From positions 27,466,001 through 27,530,000 of the forward strand of contig OX597838.1 of the NCBI GenBank assembly GCA_951406725.2: a DNA stretch of 64,000 bases. Direction: 5' to 3'. The notes beneath the pieces are model-generated. The model was given only the letters and a program-made list of their open reading frames with translations, ran no database searches and was not told the origin of the DNA. Positions 13,221-27,676 of the stretch are shown piece after piece (position 1 is the stretch's first letter; each line of letters starts with the position of its first letter). Position numbers and translations under genes: made by a program. The DNA comes from Octopus vulgaris. Lineage: Eukaryota.

Positions 13221-13815
13221 TGTCGGTGGCACATAAGAAAACACCATCCGAGCGTGGCCGTCTGCCAGCCTCGTCTGGCACCTGTGTCGGTGGCACATAA
13301 AAACGCCATCCGAGCGTGGCCGTCTGCCAGCCTCGTCTGGCACCTGTGTCGGTGGCACATAAAATCACCCACTACACTCTCGGAGTGGTTGGCGTTAGGA
13401 AGGGCATCCAGCTGTAGAAACACTGCCAGATCTGACTGACCTGGTGCAGCCTCCGAGCTTGCCAGACCCCAGTTGAACCGTCCAACCCATGCTAGCATGG
13501 AAAGCAGACGTTAAACGATGATGATGATGATGTATCATCATCATTGTTTAACATCTGTTTTCCATGCTGGCATGGGTTAGACAGCTTGATTGAGGACTGG
13601 CAAGCCTGTAGGCTGTACCAGGCTCCAATCTGCTTTGGCAAGGTTTCTACAGCTGGTTACCCTTCTTAATGTCAACCACTCCGAGAGTGTTGTAGGTGCC
13701 TTTTACATGTCACCGGCACGGGAGCCAGTCAGGCAGTATTGGCTTCGACCACATTTGGATGGTGCTTTTTATGTGCCACCAGCATGGGGAGCCAGTCAGG
13801 CGGCACTAGTATCAA
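13221..13815. mobile_element. Tail-to-tail pair of RTE-tailed non-autonomous elements (family 3)
   Basis: Plus copy 13221-13531 has three ~62-bp units, GGTTGGCGTTAGGAAGGGCATCCAGC and GTTAAAC(GAT)n; minus copy 13534-13815. Confidence 0.85.
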
Positions 13816-15084
13816 CCCACATGCACACAGACACTAATATTGAACAGTGAGAATTAATGTTCAACATCACATTGGTGGATAAATATTCTTTATTTGTGGG
13901 TCAACAAGGCAACCAATGGTTTCATACTAAGAAAAGATTTCTCAGCTGTTATCAAGCTTACCACATGGAACGATGGTCCTCGTCTCCATCTTGGATGAGG
14001 ATATTATATATATATATATGTAATCCAAATAAGAAGACAAAGAAAGAGTTTAGCACATCTTAACCGGTTACAATTGTTTTTACATTACCTACCACTCTGT
14101 TTTAATGCCATTGTATTCAAAAGTTTAGTGTGAGAAATATGGGGGTTTAAACACTACCTTTCAAGGACCTTAATGTGTGTGTGTGTGTAAAATGAAAGAA
14201 AATAGGTGCAAAGTAAGCAAAGTAAATCGCGGGCAAATACCTTTTAAGTATTCTGTGGAAATAAAACCCAGCTAATAAAATTATCCAGTTATAGGTTGAT
14301 ATTTATTTCTTATGACTGGTACAATTTGTAAATGTGAAAGTAGGTCACCAATTATTTTTGGCATATTAATCTTAAAGTATATTAGAAAAAAAAACCCATA
14401 AAGAATAAAAATGAATTCTTTCTGCTGTTATATACATCCACACCTGCAGTGTACTATCAACAAGACACTTCATGGATGTTTTTACCTTAGTTTTTAAAAT
14501 CTTGTCTCAAAATTTCTGTCTTTGATCTTCTCACTGTATGGTTACAGTTATCAGTGAACCCTGAGTCAGCCCTGGTTTTGGCAAACTTATGATCAAAGAC
14601 AGTCCAACCATTGAACAACCCATCTATTTTATATAGCAGAGACTACCTCGCAGAACATTCTAAAAGACAACAGGACATGATTTGAGAGAGAGAGAGAGTT
14701 TCATTGCTATTTCTAGCAAGCCATACAACCAATTCATGATTTCCCCTTTGTTGTAGTATTCAATGCCTTCAGTTAAACTATATTCTGTTAGAGCTTATAT
14801 GAAGCTGACATTACCTTCAGTTAAACTGCATTCTATTAAGAGCTTGTATGAAGCTGGAACGATGTACTACTACTGCCTGGTGTCAATGTTTGCGATGTAG
14901 CATGAATATGTTGTGATATAATGTGGTATATAAGAGATCTTCTTCTAGATGTAACTTTGAGAGGATTTCAGCTTAGATAAGCAATAGGTGTATGTTTACA
15001 AGACATTTTATTTAGACATTTAATCAGCTATGTTTACATTTTCTAACATTACTTAGAGGATTATATGCATACAAACATACAAAT

Positions 15085-15825
<741 letters not shown>

Positions 15826-16202
15826 AGATTGCTGTATGCACTTCGTACGTATTTTATCTTATTTCTAAGAAAATTTTTTTTTGTCGAATAAGCTCTAGGC
15901 TGTCAGAGAGCCACCAGAGAGGGAGAGAGAGAGAGAGAGATTTATCTAAAGAAAGGATTTGATATCACTTAGGTATGAGTTATGAGTGTACAGGAGGAGT
16001 GTGTGAGGAAGAAGAAGGAGAGAGAGAGGTATGTTCGGATGATGTCTACATTAATAACTATTTATCATTGTATAGATATTCATAACAATACACAACGTCG
16101 ACACGACACGTTAGATTATCGAGAACAGTCCTACAGAAGAAGCATCAATGGTGTCAAAAGTATGGAAGGTGATGTTATGGGTTTAAGGATGTGTGGGGTG
16201 GA

Positions 16203-16438
16203 GAATACGCAAGTATTAGATACGTTTGTGGCTGTGTGGTTAAATGGTTAACAGGTTTGCTTTGTAATTTTTAAGGCTTTGGGTTCAACCCTACTGCTTG
16301 GCACTCCTCAAGCAAGTGCAGAATACACAAGTATTAGATACGTTTGTGGCTGTGTGGTTAAATGGTTAACAGGTTTGCTTTGTAGTTTTTAAGGCTTTGG
16401 GTTCAACCCTGCTGCTTGGCACTCCTCAAGCAAGTGCA
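16203..16438. repeat. 118-bp tandem duplication containing a decayed SINE-2 head
   Basis: 16203-16320 and 16321-16438 differ at only a few positions. Confidence 0.9.
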
Positions 16439-16515
16439 GAACTCAAAACATAAAGAGCTGGAAGAGATCCCACTTAGGCTAATGATTCTGCCAACAACAA
16501 CAACAATTGTAATCC

Positions 16516-16939
16516 TGGATCTTTTCGGTTTGAACAGCAGTTTTTTCTAGCGGCGTCATATGAAATTGTCACCCATAATTATGACCCTAGTATCGATCTA
16601 TTGCATTTCAATCTGTTTTAGAGTTAAGGTTAGGGGTGGGGGAAAGGGTATCTTTTTTTTCTTCACAAATGTAAATAAACCCAATCTGTTTCTTAAATGA
16701 GGGACATATTCATATGGCACAGAATGTTGTTTACCTCAATGGACGTCATTGATTGGTTAAAATTGCAGAAATTGAAAAAAAAAAACAAAAAACAAATATC
16801 TTACAAACTATAGAATTTTCTCAATAAAGCCAAGAGAAAAATATGTTTTATAAACACATTCTACCAGTATACAAAGTTTAAATTTTTTTAATTACCTAGA
16901 AATTATGTTAAAAACTGCCATTCAAACCAAAAAGATCCA
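16516..16939. mobile_element. MITE with ~30-bp imperfect TIRs
   Basis: TGGATCTTTTCGGTTTGAACAGCAGTTTTT versus AAAAACTGCCATTCAAACCAAAAAGATCCA; internal GTTAAGGTTAGGG. Confidence 0.8.
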
Positions 16940-18765
16940 TAATTCTTTCTACTATAGGCACAAGGCCTGAAATTTGGGTAAGAGGTGAGGTGGTGCTAAT
17001 TGATTACATTGACCCCCAGTGCTCAACTAGTATTTATTTTATTGACCCCCCGAAAGGATGTTACTCAAAGTCAACCTTGGTGGAATTTGAACTCAGAACC
17101 CTAAAACAGACGAAATGCTGCTAAGCATTTCTGTCCAGCATGCTAACAATTCTGCCAGCTCACCACCTGCGACGACAACAACAACAAGAAGATTAATAGT
17201 TTCAAATTTTGGCGCAAAGCCGGCAATTTTGGGAAAGAGTGTTAGTCAGTTGCAGTATTTGATGGTGCTATATCTTATCAGTTCTGGCAGGTCAAGTGAA
17301 AGGTGAAGCTGACTTCAGCATGGATGTGTTAAACCTGCCTGTGTGTATACGAACATGTTAATGGTTAGCAGGTATACAGAAACGGGTTAATTCCTGGGTC
17401 ACTGGTAAAATATTTAGCTCCAAAGTCAATTGGGATCAAACAGAGATAGAATCAAAGGAAATTTGGCAGCGACCATCACATTGTTTTTCAAGCATGGTAT
17501 ATATCTTGGACTACATTGCTCATTGTATCTTTCCTTTTTTAAGATATTGTGTGATTTGAATAACATTTACCTGCTACTTCTAGCAAGCCATTGGACCACA
17601 CTGAAGCTCTGGTGGTTATAGTATGTAACATTAGCAGCTGAAGTAGAAGCTATTTAGCCCTGGGTTTGGCCTAACCAAACAGTCCTACATCCAAAGACAT
17701 TCCAGCCTCAGCCAACACACCTGTATTTCCTATATTGGTGTAAATCCAAGGACCTTACTATCCAATGTACCCTTCCTTTTTTAAGTTAATAGGGTGTGAT
17801 ATGAGGCTGATTTAGCTTCTATATCTAGCAAGTGATGTGACTGTGTAAAAAGTTTCACCGGCTCTTGTTTATTACCATGTATTGGTTTCTGGCACACTTG
17901 TGTGTGTGTGTGTGTGTGTACGTACATGTATTTTTGTGTGTGTTTGCATGTGTATGCGTATGTTTATGTATATACGTGTGTGTGTGTATGCATGTGCAAA
18001 TGAATCCAAGCATGCGTTAGTGTTTAGCCTGACAAACAGGAGACAGATGTGTGTCAGTGTGTTAAGTGTCACACGTGCCACCACCTCATGCTTCAACATG
18101 TGGTTCTGTTGTGATGTGTAAGCGTGGCAAAGTGTAAAATATGGGGGTCGGAGAGAGAGAGCGGGGGAAGATGATGATAATGTCAGTGGATGGAAGGCTG
18201 TACAGGAAATATGGGTCTAGGAGCGCGCCAGGAAGAAGGGCTTTCTAGCATACACACACACACACACACATGAAGAGGTGGGGATAACAACAGACGCAAA
18301 TATATGAAGAGGAAGAGGTTTTTTATAGCAGGTGCATGGATATATGCAGCATTTGACAACTTAAGTGAAGTTGATAGCGTTACAGGAAGGAAGAGAATTA
18401 GTTTGAAATTGATGGAGGGGGGAAGGAAGGGGGGGACAAAGTGAAGGAATGAGAGAGAGAGAGAGGGAGAGGGAGGGGGGTTTATAAAAAGTAAATCAAA
18501 ATAGAAAACTGAATGAAAAGTGAGAAAATACACAATGAGAGGGAGAATGAAAATTGATGACAGAAAGAATAATATTAGGGAGAGAGAGAGAGAGAGAGAG
18601 AGAGAGTGTGTGTGTGTGTGTGTAAGAAAAAGAGAAAGAGAGAGGATGGAAATGAGTTAGAGATGGAGAAGAGAGAGACAGGCAGAGAGATGTATGTGGA
18701 GAGTGTGTGCAAGATGAAAGAGTGTGAGTGGAAAGTGTGTATATAGGTGAAGAGTATGTAGAGGC

Positions 18766-18820
<55 letters not shown>

Positions 18821-19382
18821 TGACAGAGACAGAGAGATTCTGTGTGTGTGTGTGAAAGCATGTAGTGCTCTTGTATGTTGTGACACACATCCACATACAA
18901 GGCTATGCAAGACATGCACGCACACATACACACACACACTGCAGTATACAGTTATACATTATGGAGCTTGCTTTTAAAGTCTCATGGTTGCATGAAAAAT
19001 AAAAATTGTATCAACTAGGATTAGTTTGTTTTAAATGACAGAAAAATAAAAAGTGAGGATACAGTACATTTTCCATATAGAAAACAAAAAAAAAAAATTC
19101 ATACCATATATATATATATAGTGTAATAAATAAAATATATGCACACATGCTAACATATATGTACGTACCTACATCTACATGTATATATACATGCATATAT
19201 AAATATATATACTTGAGTACAGGACACCACAAATAGACGTAGAACTCAACGAGAAACGAAAAAGTAAAAACAGCATGGAACGGACCATTTTTTTAACAAC
19301 GCAAAAACAGAGTACAAGACAACTACACAAGGAAAAATCCCCTTCATCAGCGGTCCCTAGTTCAACTCCAGCGTGTTTTGAT

Positions 19383-19426
<44 letters not shown>

Positions 19427-19454
19427 TGGATGTTAAACAATGATGATGTGTGTG

Positions 19455-19792
19455 TTCAGTGCTGGCACTTGTGCTGGTAGGAGGTGAAAAAACATTCGAA
19501 CGAGGTTGTTGCCAGTGCTGCTGAACTGGCTCCTGTGCAGGTGGCACATAAAAAGCACCATTTGAGCGTGGCTGCTGCCAGTACCACCTGACTGACCCTC
19601 GTACCGGTGGCACGTAAAAGCACCCACTGCACTCTTGGAGTGGTTGGCGTTAGGAAGGGCATCCAGCCGTAGAGACTCTGCCAGATCAGATTGGAGTCTG
19701 GTGCAGCTGGTTCGCCAGACGTCAGTCAAATCGTCCAACCCATGCTAGCATGGAAAGCGAACGTTAAACGATGTTGATAATGATGATGATGA
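19455..19792 (+). mobile_element. Family 3 RTE-tailed element
   Basis: GGTGGCAC(A/G)TAAAA(A)GCACC units, RTE-like segment and (GAT)n tail. Confidence 0.85.
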
Positions 19793-19961
19793 TATGTATA
19801 TATAAATAAAGACAAATAGTAGATAATGATCATTATATATTTTTCCTTTATTAGAGCAAATTTGGTTTACAGCTGTTTCCACTAGTCATTATAGGTGTGT
19901 TACTGATAGGTTTACTCAATCGGTCTATTGATCAGTTGAGAAAAGTTGAACAACCTGGTTA

Positions 19962-20008
<47 letters not shown>

Positions 20009-20025
20009 CCAAACAAGAAAACACA

Positions 20026-20178
20026 AAAAAAACACAACAACGCGAGGACGTGGAACAAATATAGTATTATTGGACGCTCAGGGAAGAAGGAGGGTTTAAT
20101 GTTTCGAGCGGAGCTCTTCGTTGGAAACATAGGAGAAGGAAAGATCCAGAGAAGGGAAGACAGAGGGAAAAAAATCGC

Positions 20179-20181
<3 letters not shown>
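20026..20181 (-). mobile_element. Penelope-like terminal fragment in (TA)n with degenerate hammerhead fold
   Basis: Minus 20128-20094 reads GTTT-CCAACGAA-GAGC TCC GCTC-GAAAC ATT-AAAC. Confidence 0.55.
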
Positions 20182-20216
<35 letters not shown>

Positions 20217-21099
20217 AGTGTTTCTTGTTGCCAACCCTCACCTGTTTCAGAGTCGGGTAATATTCCTCCGTGACCAGGCATGTTTTTATGGGAGATTGCA
20301 AATGGACACCGCTTGCATAATGGTGACACTCGTTTACAGCTATCACATGATGTGATGACAATGAGACAATAACACACGCACATACATGCAAAACTACACA
20401 CACAAACACACATACATAACCGGCTTCTTCCAGGTTTTGTCGGCTGAATTCACTTCAATCAGCTTTAGTAAGGCCTTGTGCTGTAATAGAAAAACACTTG
20501 CCTGAGGTGCCACACATGCGGGGACTGAACCTGGAACTATGTGGTTGGAAAGCAAACTTCTTACCACACAGCCACACCTCCAGGAAACGGACATTAAGTG
20601 GTGATGATAGTAATGATTGGATGCAGTTGTTGGCAAGTAGAAGGTAAGAAATACCCAACAAGACTTGTGTTGTAAGTGAGATTCCTTGACAACACGAAAG
20701 CATAAATTTCTGCCAAATAAACCAAACGTATAAATAAAAGTGGAACGAAGAAGGCGTAAAGAAGTAATTCCGTAAAAGCTGCGAGTAATTCTATTCAGGA
20801 AATATCAAAGATTTATCCCAACTCCAGCAACATATTTCACCATAATTTTTTTTTTTTTTTTTCACCTGAGCTAAAAGGATCTATAACAGATAATGGAATA
20901 AAAATGGAGAAAGGAAGGAGGGAGGGAGGGAGGGTTGCTTTTTTTGCTTTTGTTTTGTATTCTTAATTTTTTTTTTTTTATATATATATATATATTCTCT
21001 GCAAGATAGTAATATACATATATAATATTCAGGTCCATCTTTGTAAAGATAAATAATATTGAATTTTCTGTAAAATTCAATATTTTCTGTAAACATATA

Positions 21100-21123
21100 C
21101 GTGTGTGTGTGCGTACATACATA

Positions 21124-21210
<87 letters not shown>

Positions 21211-21247
21211 GTATATATGTATATATGTATATGTATATATGTATATG

Positions 21248-21297
<50 letters not shown>

Positions 21298-21490
21298 CAT
21301 ATATATATATATATATACATACATACATACATATATATATATATGTGTATGTATATATATATATGTATATATGTATATGCTAGCATGTATATATGTATAT
21401 ATGTATATATATGTATATATATGTATATGCTAGCATGGAAAGCAGACGTTAAACGATGATGATGATGATGATGATGATACATATACATAT
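21100..21490. repeat. (TA)n/(TATG)n array with a very short family-3 3' end
   Basis: Microsatellite; TGCTAGCATGGAAAGCAGACGTTAAAC(GAT)n at 21428-21477. Confidence 0.9.
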
Positions 21491-22141
21491 ATATTGTTTG
21501 AAAATTTTTGAAATTGCTAAAATTCATAGATGTGTTCGTATATGCATGATTAACTCTATCACGCCTGTATTTCTAATGTAATACACTATCCATGTATTTC
21601 AATTAATTCCGTGTATAATCAAGAATTTGGAGCGTGTTTAGTCAAAATGAATTCTCGTATGTTTAAGCTGATGCTTGGAGCGTAACGAAAACGATGATGG
21701 TTGGTTTAAATTTAAATAGGAGCATTTTGTAGCTGACTGGTTTGCATGAATGGACCGGGGCTAACCTCGGGTGGTTTTCTATTGAAGCGGGTGAAATGTC
21801 AATGTTTCTGTTTCTTGTTTTGGTATGTTAATTAACTTGAAGTAATTAATACTGCCATTGCAATATTTATTTGCTTACCTTGAGCAGGTATCTTCTGCGA
21901 TAGACCTGGGCCAATCGAAGCCTTGTCAGTTGATTTGTTAGAGGGAAACTATGAGAAACTTGTGTGTGTATCTGCTGGGTGGTTGGTGTTAGGAAGGGCA
22001 TCCAGCTGTAGAAATCCTGCCAAAACAGTCACAGAAGTCTGGTGCAGGCTTCTACCTGGCCGGCTCCTGTCAAACTGTCTTACCCATGACAGCATGGAAG
22101 GTTGATATTAAAACAATGATGATATATATACATATATATTA

Positions 22142-22535
22142 TTCTTTACTCTTTTAGTTGTTTCAGTCATTTGACTGCGACCATGCTGGAGCGCCGCCTT
22201 TAGTCGAGGAAATCGACCCTAGGACTTATTCTTTGTAAGCCTAGTACTTATTCTATCGATGTCTTTTGCTGAACTGCTAAGTTACGGGGACATAAACACA
22301 CCAGCATTGGTTGTCAAGCGATATTGGTGGACAAACAGACATACAAACACACACACTTATATATACATATATATGACGGGCTTCTTTCAGTTTCCGTCTA
22401 CCAAATCCACTCACAAGGCTTTGGTCGGCCTGAGGCTATAGCAGAAGACACCTGCCCAAGGTGCCACGCAGTGGGACTGAACCCAGAACCATGTGGTTGG
22501 TAAGCAAGCTTATTACCACACAGCCACTCCTGCGC
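22142..22535 (-). mobile_element. SINE family 2, full length
   Basis: Reverse complement of the 5212 and 60051 copies. Confidence 0.9.
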
Positions 22536-23574
22536 CTGTATGTACACACACACGACAAGGCATAAATAATGGTCATTATGTATTTCTTTATTGTAGTAAA
22601 TTTTACTTACTGTTGTTTCCAGTAGTCATTATAAGTTCAATATTGTTTTACTCAATCATGCCATTGATCGGTTGAGAAAACTTGAACTCTCTAGAGAATT
22701 AATACTACATTCATCAGTCATTTCATATATATATATATGTATATGCATGTGTGTGTAAGCATATGCATGGAGATATGTATTTGTGTCTCCTTTTTTTGAC
22801 ATTTATATAAACAAGATGTTACACAATGCAGCGATTCTATCAAAGTTGACAGTTCTTCGTATGTGTGTCACAATTTATGCTGTGGTTTACGATACAGATT
22901 CTATTTTTAGATAGCTTTTAGGCTGTAACCAATATTTGCTGCTTCCATCTTTGCATGTTGTGCGAACCTTTTATGAAAGATAATCACCTAAAAGATCAAA
23001 ATTAACGAACCACAGTGGAAATTAATCTGACTAATTTCAATGTAACATTAAAGCATTATCTTTTTCGTTTTCAAGTTTAACTTGGTTTCCATGCTGTACA
23101 GGTGACTAGGATCACAACACTTTCCTCTGAACGGGAAGCCAGTCTGTTGCAGATTCAACTTCCCTTCTAAGCCCTTGCTGGAGCTCATTTACAGCTTAGT
23201 GAAGTTTAGCAACATAAAGTGAAGTGTTTTGCGCATGAACACAACATACCACTTTGTCTTGTCCAGGAATGAAAACCATGATCTTAGAATTTTGAATTGC
23301 AATGCCCTATGCACAAGGCCAAGCACTTTCACAGAAAAGTAATTAGTTGAATAAACAGAAAGGAAGAGGAAAATTAAAACAAATGAAGTGCTCGTGTAAA
23401 GAGGAGGGGTATGTTTTTATGTTAAGCCTTTTTTGGTTTCTGTGTCATCCTGGTATTAAAAAAAATATCATCTTAAGTCTTTATAAGACTCTTGTCTTGT
23501 GTGTAGTTTTCCTTGTTTTATTTGCAATTTTATTTATGTGGTGTTCTATGTAACCACACACCCAGTTTTTGTAT

Positions 23575-23931
23575 TCATCATCATAATTTAACGTCCGTTT
23601 TCCATGCTAGCATGGGTTGGACGGTTTGACCGGGGTCTGGGAAGCTAGGAGGCTGCACCAGGCTCCAGTTTGATCTGGCAGTGTTTCTACAGCTGGATGC
23701 CCTTCCTAACGCCAACCACTCCGTGAGTGTAGTGGGTGCTTTTTACGTGCCACCGGTACAGGTGCCAGGCGAGGCTGGCAACGGCCATGATCGGTTGGTG
23801 CTTTTTACGTACCACCGGCACAGAAGCCAGTCAAGGCGGCACTGGCATCAGCCACATTCGGATGGTGCATTGTACGTGCCACAGGCACAGGTATCACAAC
23901 TACAATTTCCATTTGATTTTTTGATGTTGAT
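23575..23931 (-). mobile_element. Family 3 RTE-tailed element
   Basis: (CAT)n, then TTTAACGTCCG, CTGGATGCCCTTCCTAACGCCAACC and tandem GTGCCACC units. Confidence 0.85.
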
Positions 23932-24552
23932 TTAAAAAAAAAAAAAAAATTATTTTTGAAATTAATGAAACCAAATGAAATAAATGGAAATTTTCCTTGG
24001 TTCTTATATCTATCAACATGGGGATGGGAAGAGATAAGAGTCTATCCTTTAAAGGGATCAATTTTCCGTGATATGTTAAACTGCAAGACTTTCATTCATC
24101 CTAGTTTAATAATGATACTGTGTTTCTCCTGGAAACAAATGAAGTGACCTGACTAATTAATTTGTGATCAGAATTACAATGAATTGTATTCACGCATATA
24201 TAAACAAGATGTTACACAATGCAGCGATTCTATCAAAGTTGACAGTTCTTCGTATGTGTAGTAGCAATTTATGCTGTGGTTTACGATACAGATTCTATTT
24301 TTAGATAGCTTTTAGGCTGTAACCAATATTTGCTGCTTCCATCTTTGCATGTTGTGCGAACCTTTTATGAAAGATAATCACCTAAAGATCAAAATTAACG
24401 AACCACAGTGGAAATTAATCTGACTAATTTCAATGTAACATTAAAGCATTATCTTTTTCGTTTTCAAATTATTTTTCTTTTTTTGCTTTTTGTTTTTTTG
24501 TGTTTGTTTTTTTTTTTTTATCTTTTATCCTTTATAACTTGTTTCAAAGGTC

Positions 24553-24800
24553 TGTGGCTTTGTGGTTAGGGTATTCAGCTCAGAGTTAATTGTAAGGTTG
24601 TGAGTTCAATTCCCAGCTGTGTGTTGTCTCCTTCAGCAAGATGCTTTATTTCATGTTGCACCAGTCTACTCAGCTGGCAAAAATGAGTGGTACCTGTAAT
24701 TTGAAAAGGGACCAGCCTTATCACAGTCTGTGGAGGGCTGAGCCACTTGCCGGTTCCTATCACGAGCAGGCTGGAACATTCACCATCATAACCAACAGGA
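24553..24800 (+). mobile_element. Older tRNA/CORE-like SINE
   Basis: TGGCTTTGTGGTTAGG and GAGTTCAATTCC boxes, CORE-like CCTTCAGCAAGATGC; relatives near 23085(-) and 40255. Confidence 0.6.
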
Positions 24801-26069
24801 TGCCAGTTTTTATTACATGTTTCAGCCATTAGAACAGGACCAAGCTGGAGCATTGCCTTGCAGGTTTTAGTCACACAAATTGACCACAAGTCTGTTATTT
24901 ATTCTATCAGTTGCTTTTGCTTAACTGCTAAGTTACATGGACAAAAGTGAGCCAAGACTGGTTGTCAAGCTGTGGTGGGGGACAAATACAAACGTATGCA
25001 TACATATGTATGTATGTTTATATATATATACGATGTCCTTCTTTCAAGGTACCACCTACCAAATCCACTCACAAGGCTTTGGTCAGCCCAGGGCTATAGT
25101 GGAAGAAATTTCTCTAAGGTGTCAGTGGAATTGAACCTGGAGCCATGTGGTTGAGAAACAAACTTCTTACCATGCTGCCATGCCTACACCTATTAAAAAA
25201 TGTGAAATGCTTCACAAATTTGCATCTCATCCTTATGCAGGTTTATTGGCCTTCTTGTGTCAAAAAAAAGGGGGTGGACAGAAAAATATTTTTGAAATTA
25301 ATGAAACCAAATGAAATAAATGGAAATTTTCCTTGTAAAAAATCTAATGGAAAAAATTTAATTTAGATTTTAGTTTGTTTTTCTAAGAATGTATTTTGTG
25401 TTTTATTTATGCAAACACATTTCTCTGTCAGACTAATAATGATACTGTGTTTCTCCTGGAAACAAATGAAGTGACCTGGCTAATTAATTTGTGATCAGAA
25501 TCTGGATTTTGTATGATATAGAAAGGTTAAGAGACTGTCGGGTGAAGATAGAAAGAAAACTGAGGGGTGCAAGGGAACAATGACCTGCTCTTCTTATTGT
25601 AGTAGCTGTTGCTGTCTTTGCATAGTCCTGGTCAGTCTATCTTTAAATCAAAAATATTCAAGCCATCATCACTCTGTCTTTACTTTATTTTCACACACTT
25701 ATTCTCTTCTTTAAGAGAGTAAGGTGTAATTAAAAGGAGAATGAGGTACTGTTTCTAGCATGTTGTGTGACTTTGTACAGGCTGCTTCATTGAGTTGTGC
25801 TATCTTTTTTTTTTTTTTTTTTTTTTTTTGCATTATGCTTTGGTTTACCAAGAGAAGTTATAGGGTCTAATTTCATCCACTTAACTGTGAAATTAGGTTT
25901 CATGGTTTTTCCAGTAATGATCTTAATATCTACCAAAATATTGGAATTAGTATTTGCTGCAAGTCACGTTAGCTCAGTGAACTCGACAAATCTCAACAGA
26001 AAGAAATTTCGAACGGGACATTCCTCAACAAAAAATAGATTGGTGTATAAAACTACTTTCTGCAGTTAA

Positions 26070-26290
26070 CCCTTTAGTGTTTGCATTATTCTGCCAAAAT
26101 TAATGCTTTTTCATCCACATTGTTTTGAACTAATCATGCATTATCTTGTAGCTATGAGATTTTAATGATGTAGCTGTTAAATTTTAAAACGAAATCGTAG
26201 GGTTGGTGTGAGAGACCAGATCTGGCCAGTTTGAACATAAAACAGGCAGAATACTTTTGGCCGGATATGGCCGGTTTAAATGCTAAAGGG
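26070..26290. mobile_element. piggyBac-type MITE family A
   Basis: TTAA|CCCTTTAG ... CTAAAGGG|TTAA; further copies near 37051, 37620, 38221, 44541-45512 and 59044-59400. Confidence 0.9.
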
Positions 26291-26562
26291 TTAAAGGTAA
26301 TTAAGTCTTAAGTGGATGTATCTAATTTCACAATAAAAGGGTGAATGATAATTTAGGACAGATGGGGCTTTTATATATATGTGCCTGTGTGTGTGCAGAG
26401 GCATGGCTGTGTGGTAAGAAGCTTGCTTCTCAATCACATGGTTCCGGGTTCAGTCCCACTGCATGGCACCTTGGGCAAGTGTTTTTTACTATAACCTTGG
26501 GCTCACCAAAGCCTTTTGAGTGGATTTGATTGAAGCTGAAAGAAGCCTGTTGTATTTATATG

Positions 26563-26601
<39 letters not shown>

Positions 26602-27104
26602 AAACTGAAAGAAGCCCATATATTATATATGTATATATTTATGTCTGTGTGTCTGTTTGCCCCCACCATTGCTTGAAAACCACTGTTGGTATGTTTATGT
26701 CCCTGTAACTTAGCAGTTTGGTAAAAAAAGACCAATATAATAAGTAACTAGGCTTACAAAGAATAAGTCCTGGGGTCGATTTCTTCAACTGAAAATCCTT
26801 TAAGGTGGTGCTCCAGCATGGCTGCAGTCAAATGACTGAAACAAGTAAAAGAATGAAAGAATATATATATATATATCATGATGATCATCACCATCGTGTA
26901 ACGTCTGTTTTCCATGCTGGCATGTGTTTGACTGGAGCTGGTAAGGGCAAGGATTGCGCCAGACTCCAATATCTGTTCTGACACGGTTTCTACAGCTTGA
27001 TGCTCTTCCTAATGCCAACCACTCCCCAGAGTGCACTGGGTGCTTTTTATGTACCAATTCTGCTGTGGTGGACAAGTATTCTTGGATACAGCAATGCACC
27101 ACAT

Positions 27105-27245
27105 ATGTCGGTCCTTAGTGATCACCTTCATGAGACCGGCCTTCAGTACTTTGTCCCATGTCTTCCTGGGTCTCCCTTTCCACAAGCTCCATCCACTTCA
27201 AGTGAATGGCACTTCTGTACGCAACTGTCTACATCCATCCACAAG
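27105..27245 (-). pseudogene. RTE-clade LINE ORF C-terminal fragment
   Basis: Minus strand gives DVDSCVQKCHSLEVDGA and GKGRPRKTWDKVLKAGL, the GRP-x-x-x-W motif typical of RTE C-termini. Confidence 0.7.
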
Positions 27246-27251
27246 ATATGT

Positions 27252-27553
27252 GGAGGCACATGGCCTAGTAGTTAGAGCAGCGAACTCGCGGTTGAGGGGT
27301 CGCGGGTTCGAATCTCAGACTGGGCGATATGTGTGTTTATGAGCAAAACACCTAAGCCCCACGCGGCTCTGGCTGAAGGTAATGGCGAACTTCTGCTGGC
27401 TCTTTCACCACAACTTTCTCTCATTCTTTCCTCCTGCATCTTGCAGCTCACCTGCAACGGACCAGTACCCTGTCCAGGTGGGGAACCTACACGCCAAGGA
27501 AACCGGGAAACCGGCCCTTATGAGCCAGGCATGGCTCGGGAAGGAACAAACAA
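27252..27553 (+). mobile_element. tRNA(Arg-like)-derived SINE with TSD (octopus OR-type, tentative)
   Basis: TGGCCTAGTAGTT and GGTTCGAATCTC boxes, TCG in the anticodon region; TSD ATCCACAAGAT(A/G)TGT at 27237-27251 and 27554-27568. Confidence 0.8.
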
Positions 27554-27676
27554 ATCCACAAGATGTGTGTGTGTGTAAAGTACAGATAAAACTGTGTCTA
27601 AAGATGTAATAAGGCTTATATAACAAGTGCTTCGGTTGGCTTATGTATGAGAGAGATTGTCTTACGTTGAGCTGTT

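Larger units (their letters stand above)
22804..25501. repeat. Three near-identical blocks each present twice (order C-A-B, C-A-B)
   Basis: 22804-23074 ~ 24197-24467; 23951-23999 = 25287-25335; 24107-24174 ~ 25434-25501. Confidence 0.9.

Noticed and set aside
13103-13850. Recurrent ORFs such as FLQLDALPNANHS and CNWYLFNRPRKDERQ
   Set aside because: Incidental frames within SINE-like repeats that recur wherever the repeat occurs.
15982-16251. 89-aa ORF with a non-repetitive middle
   Set aside because: No recognisable motif or convincing splice sites; it runs into a SINE relic.
19330-19360. CTGATGA on the minus strand (hammerhead core)
   Set aside because: No GAAA follows the putative stem II, so the fold cannot be completed.
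27252-27325. Possible tRNA gene
   Set aside because: No complete acceptor stem; it continues into a SINE body and is flanked by a TSD.
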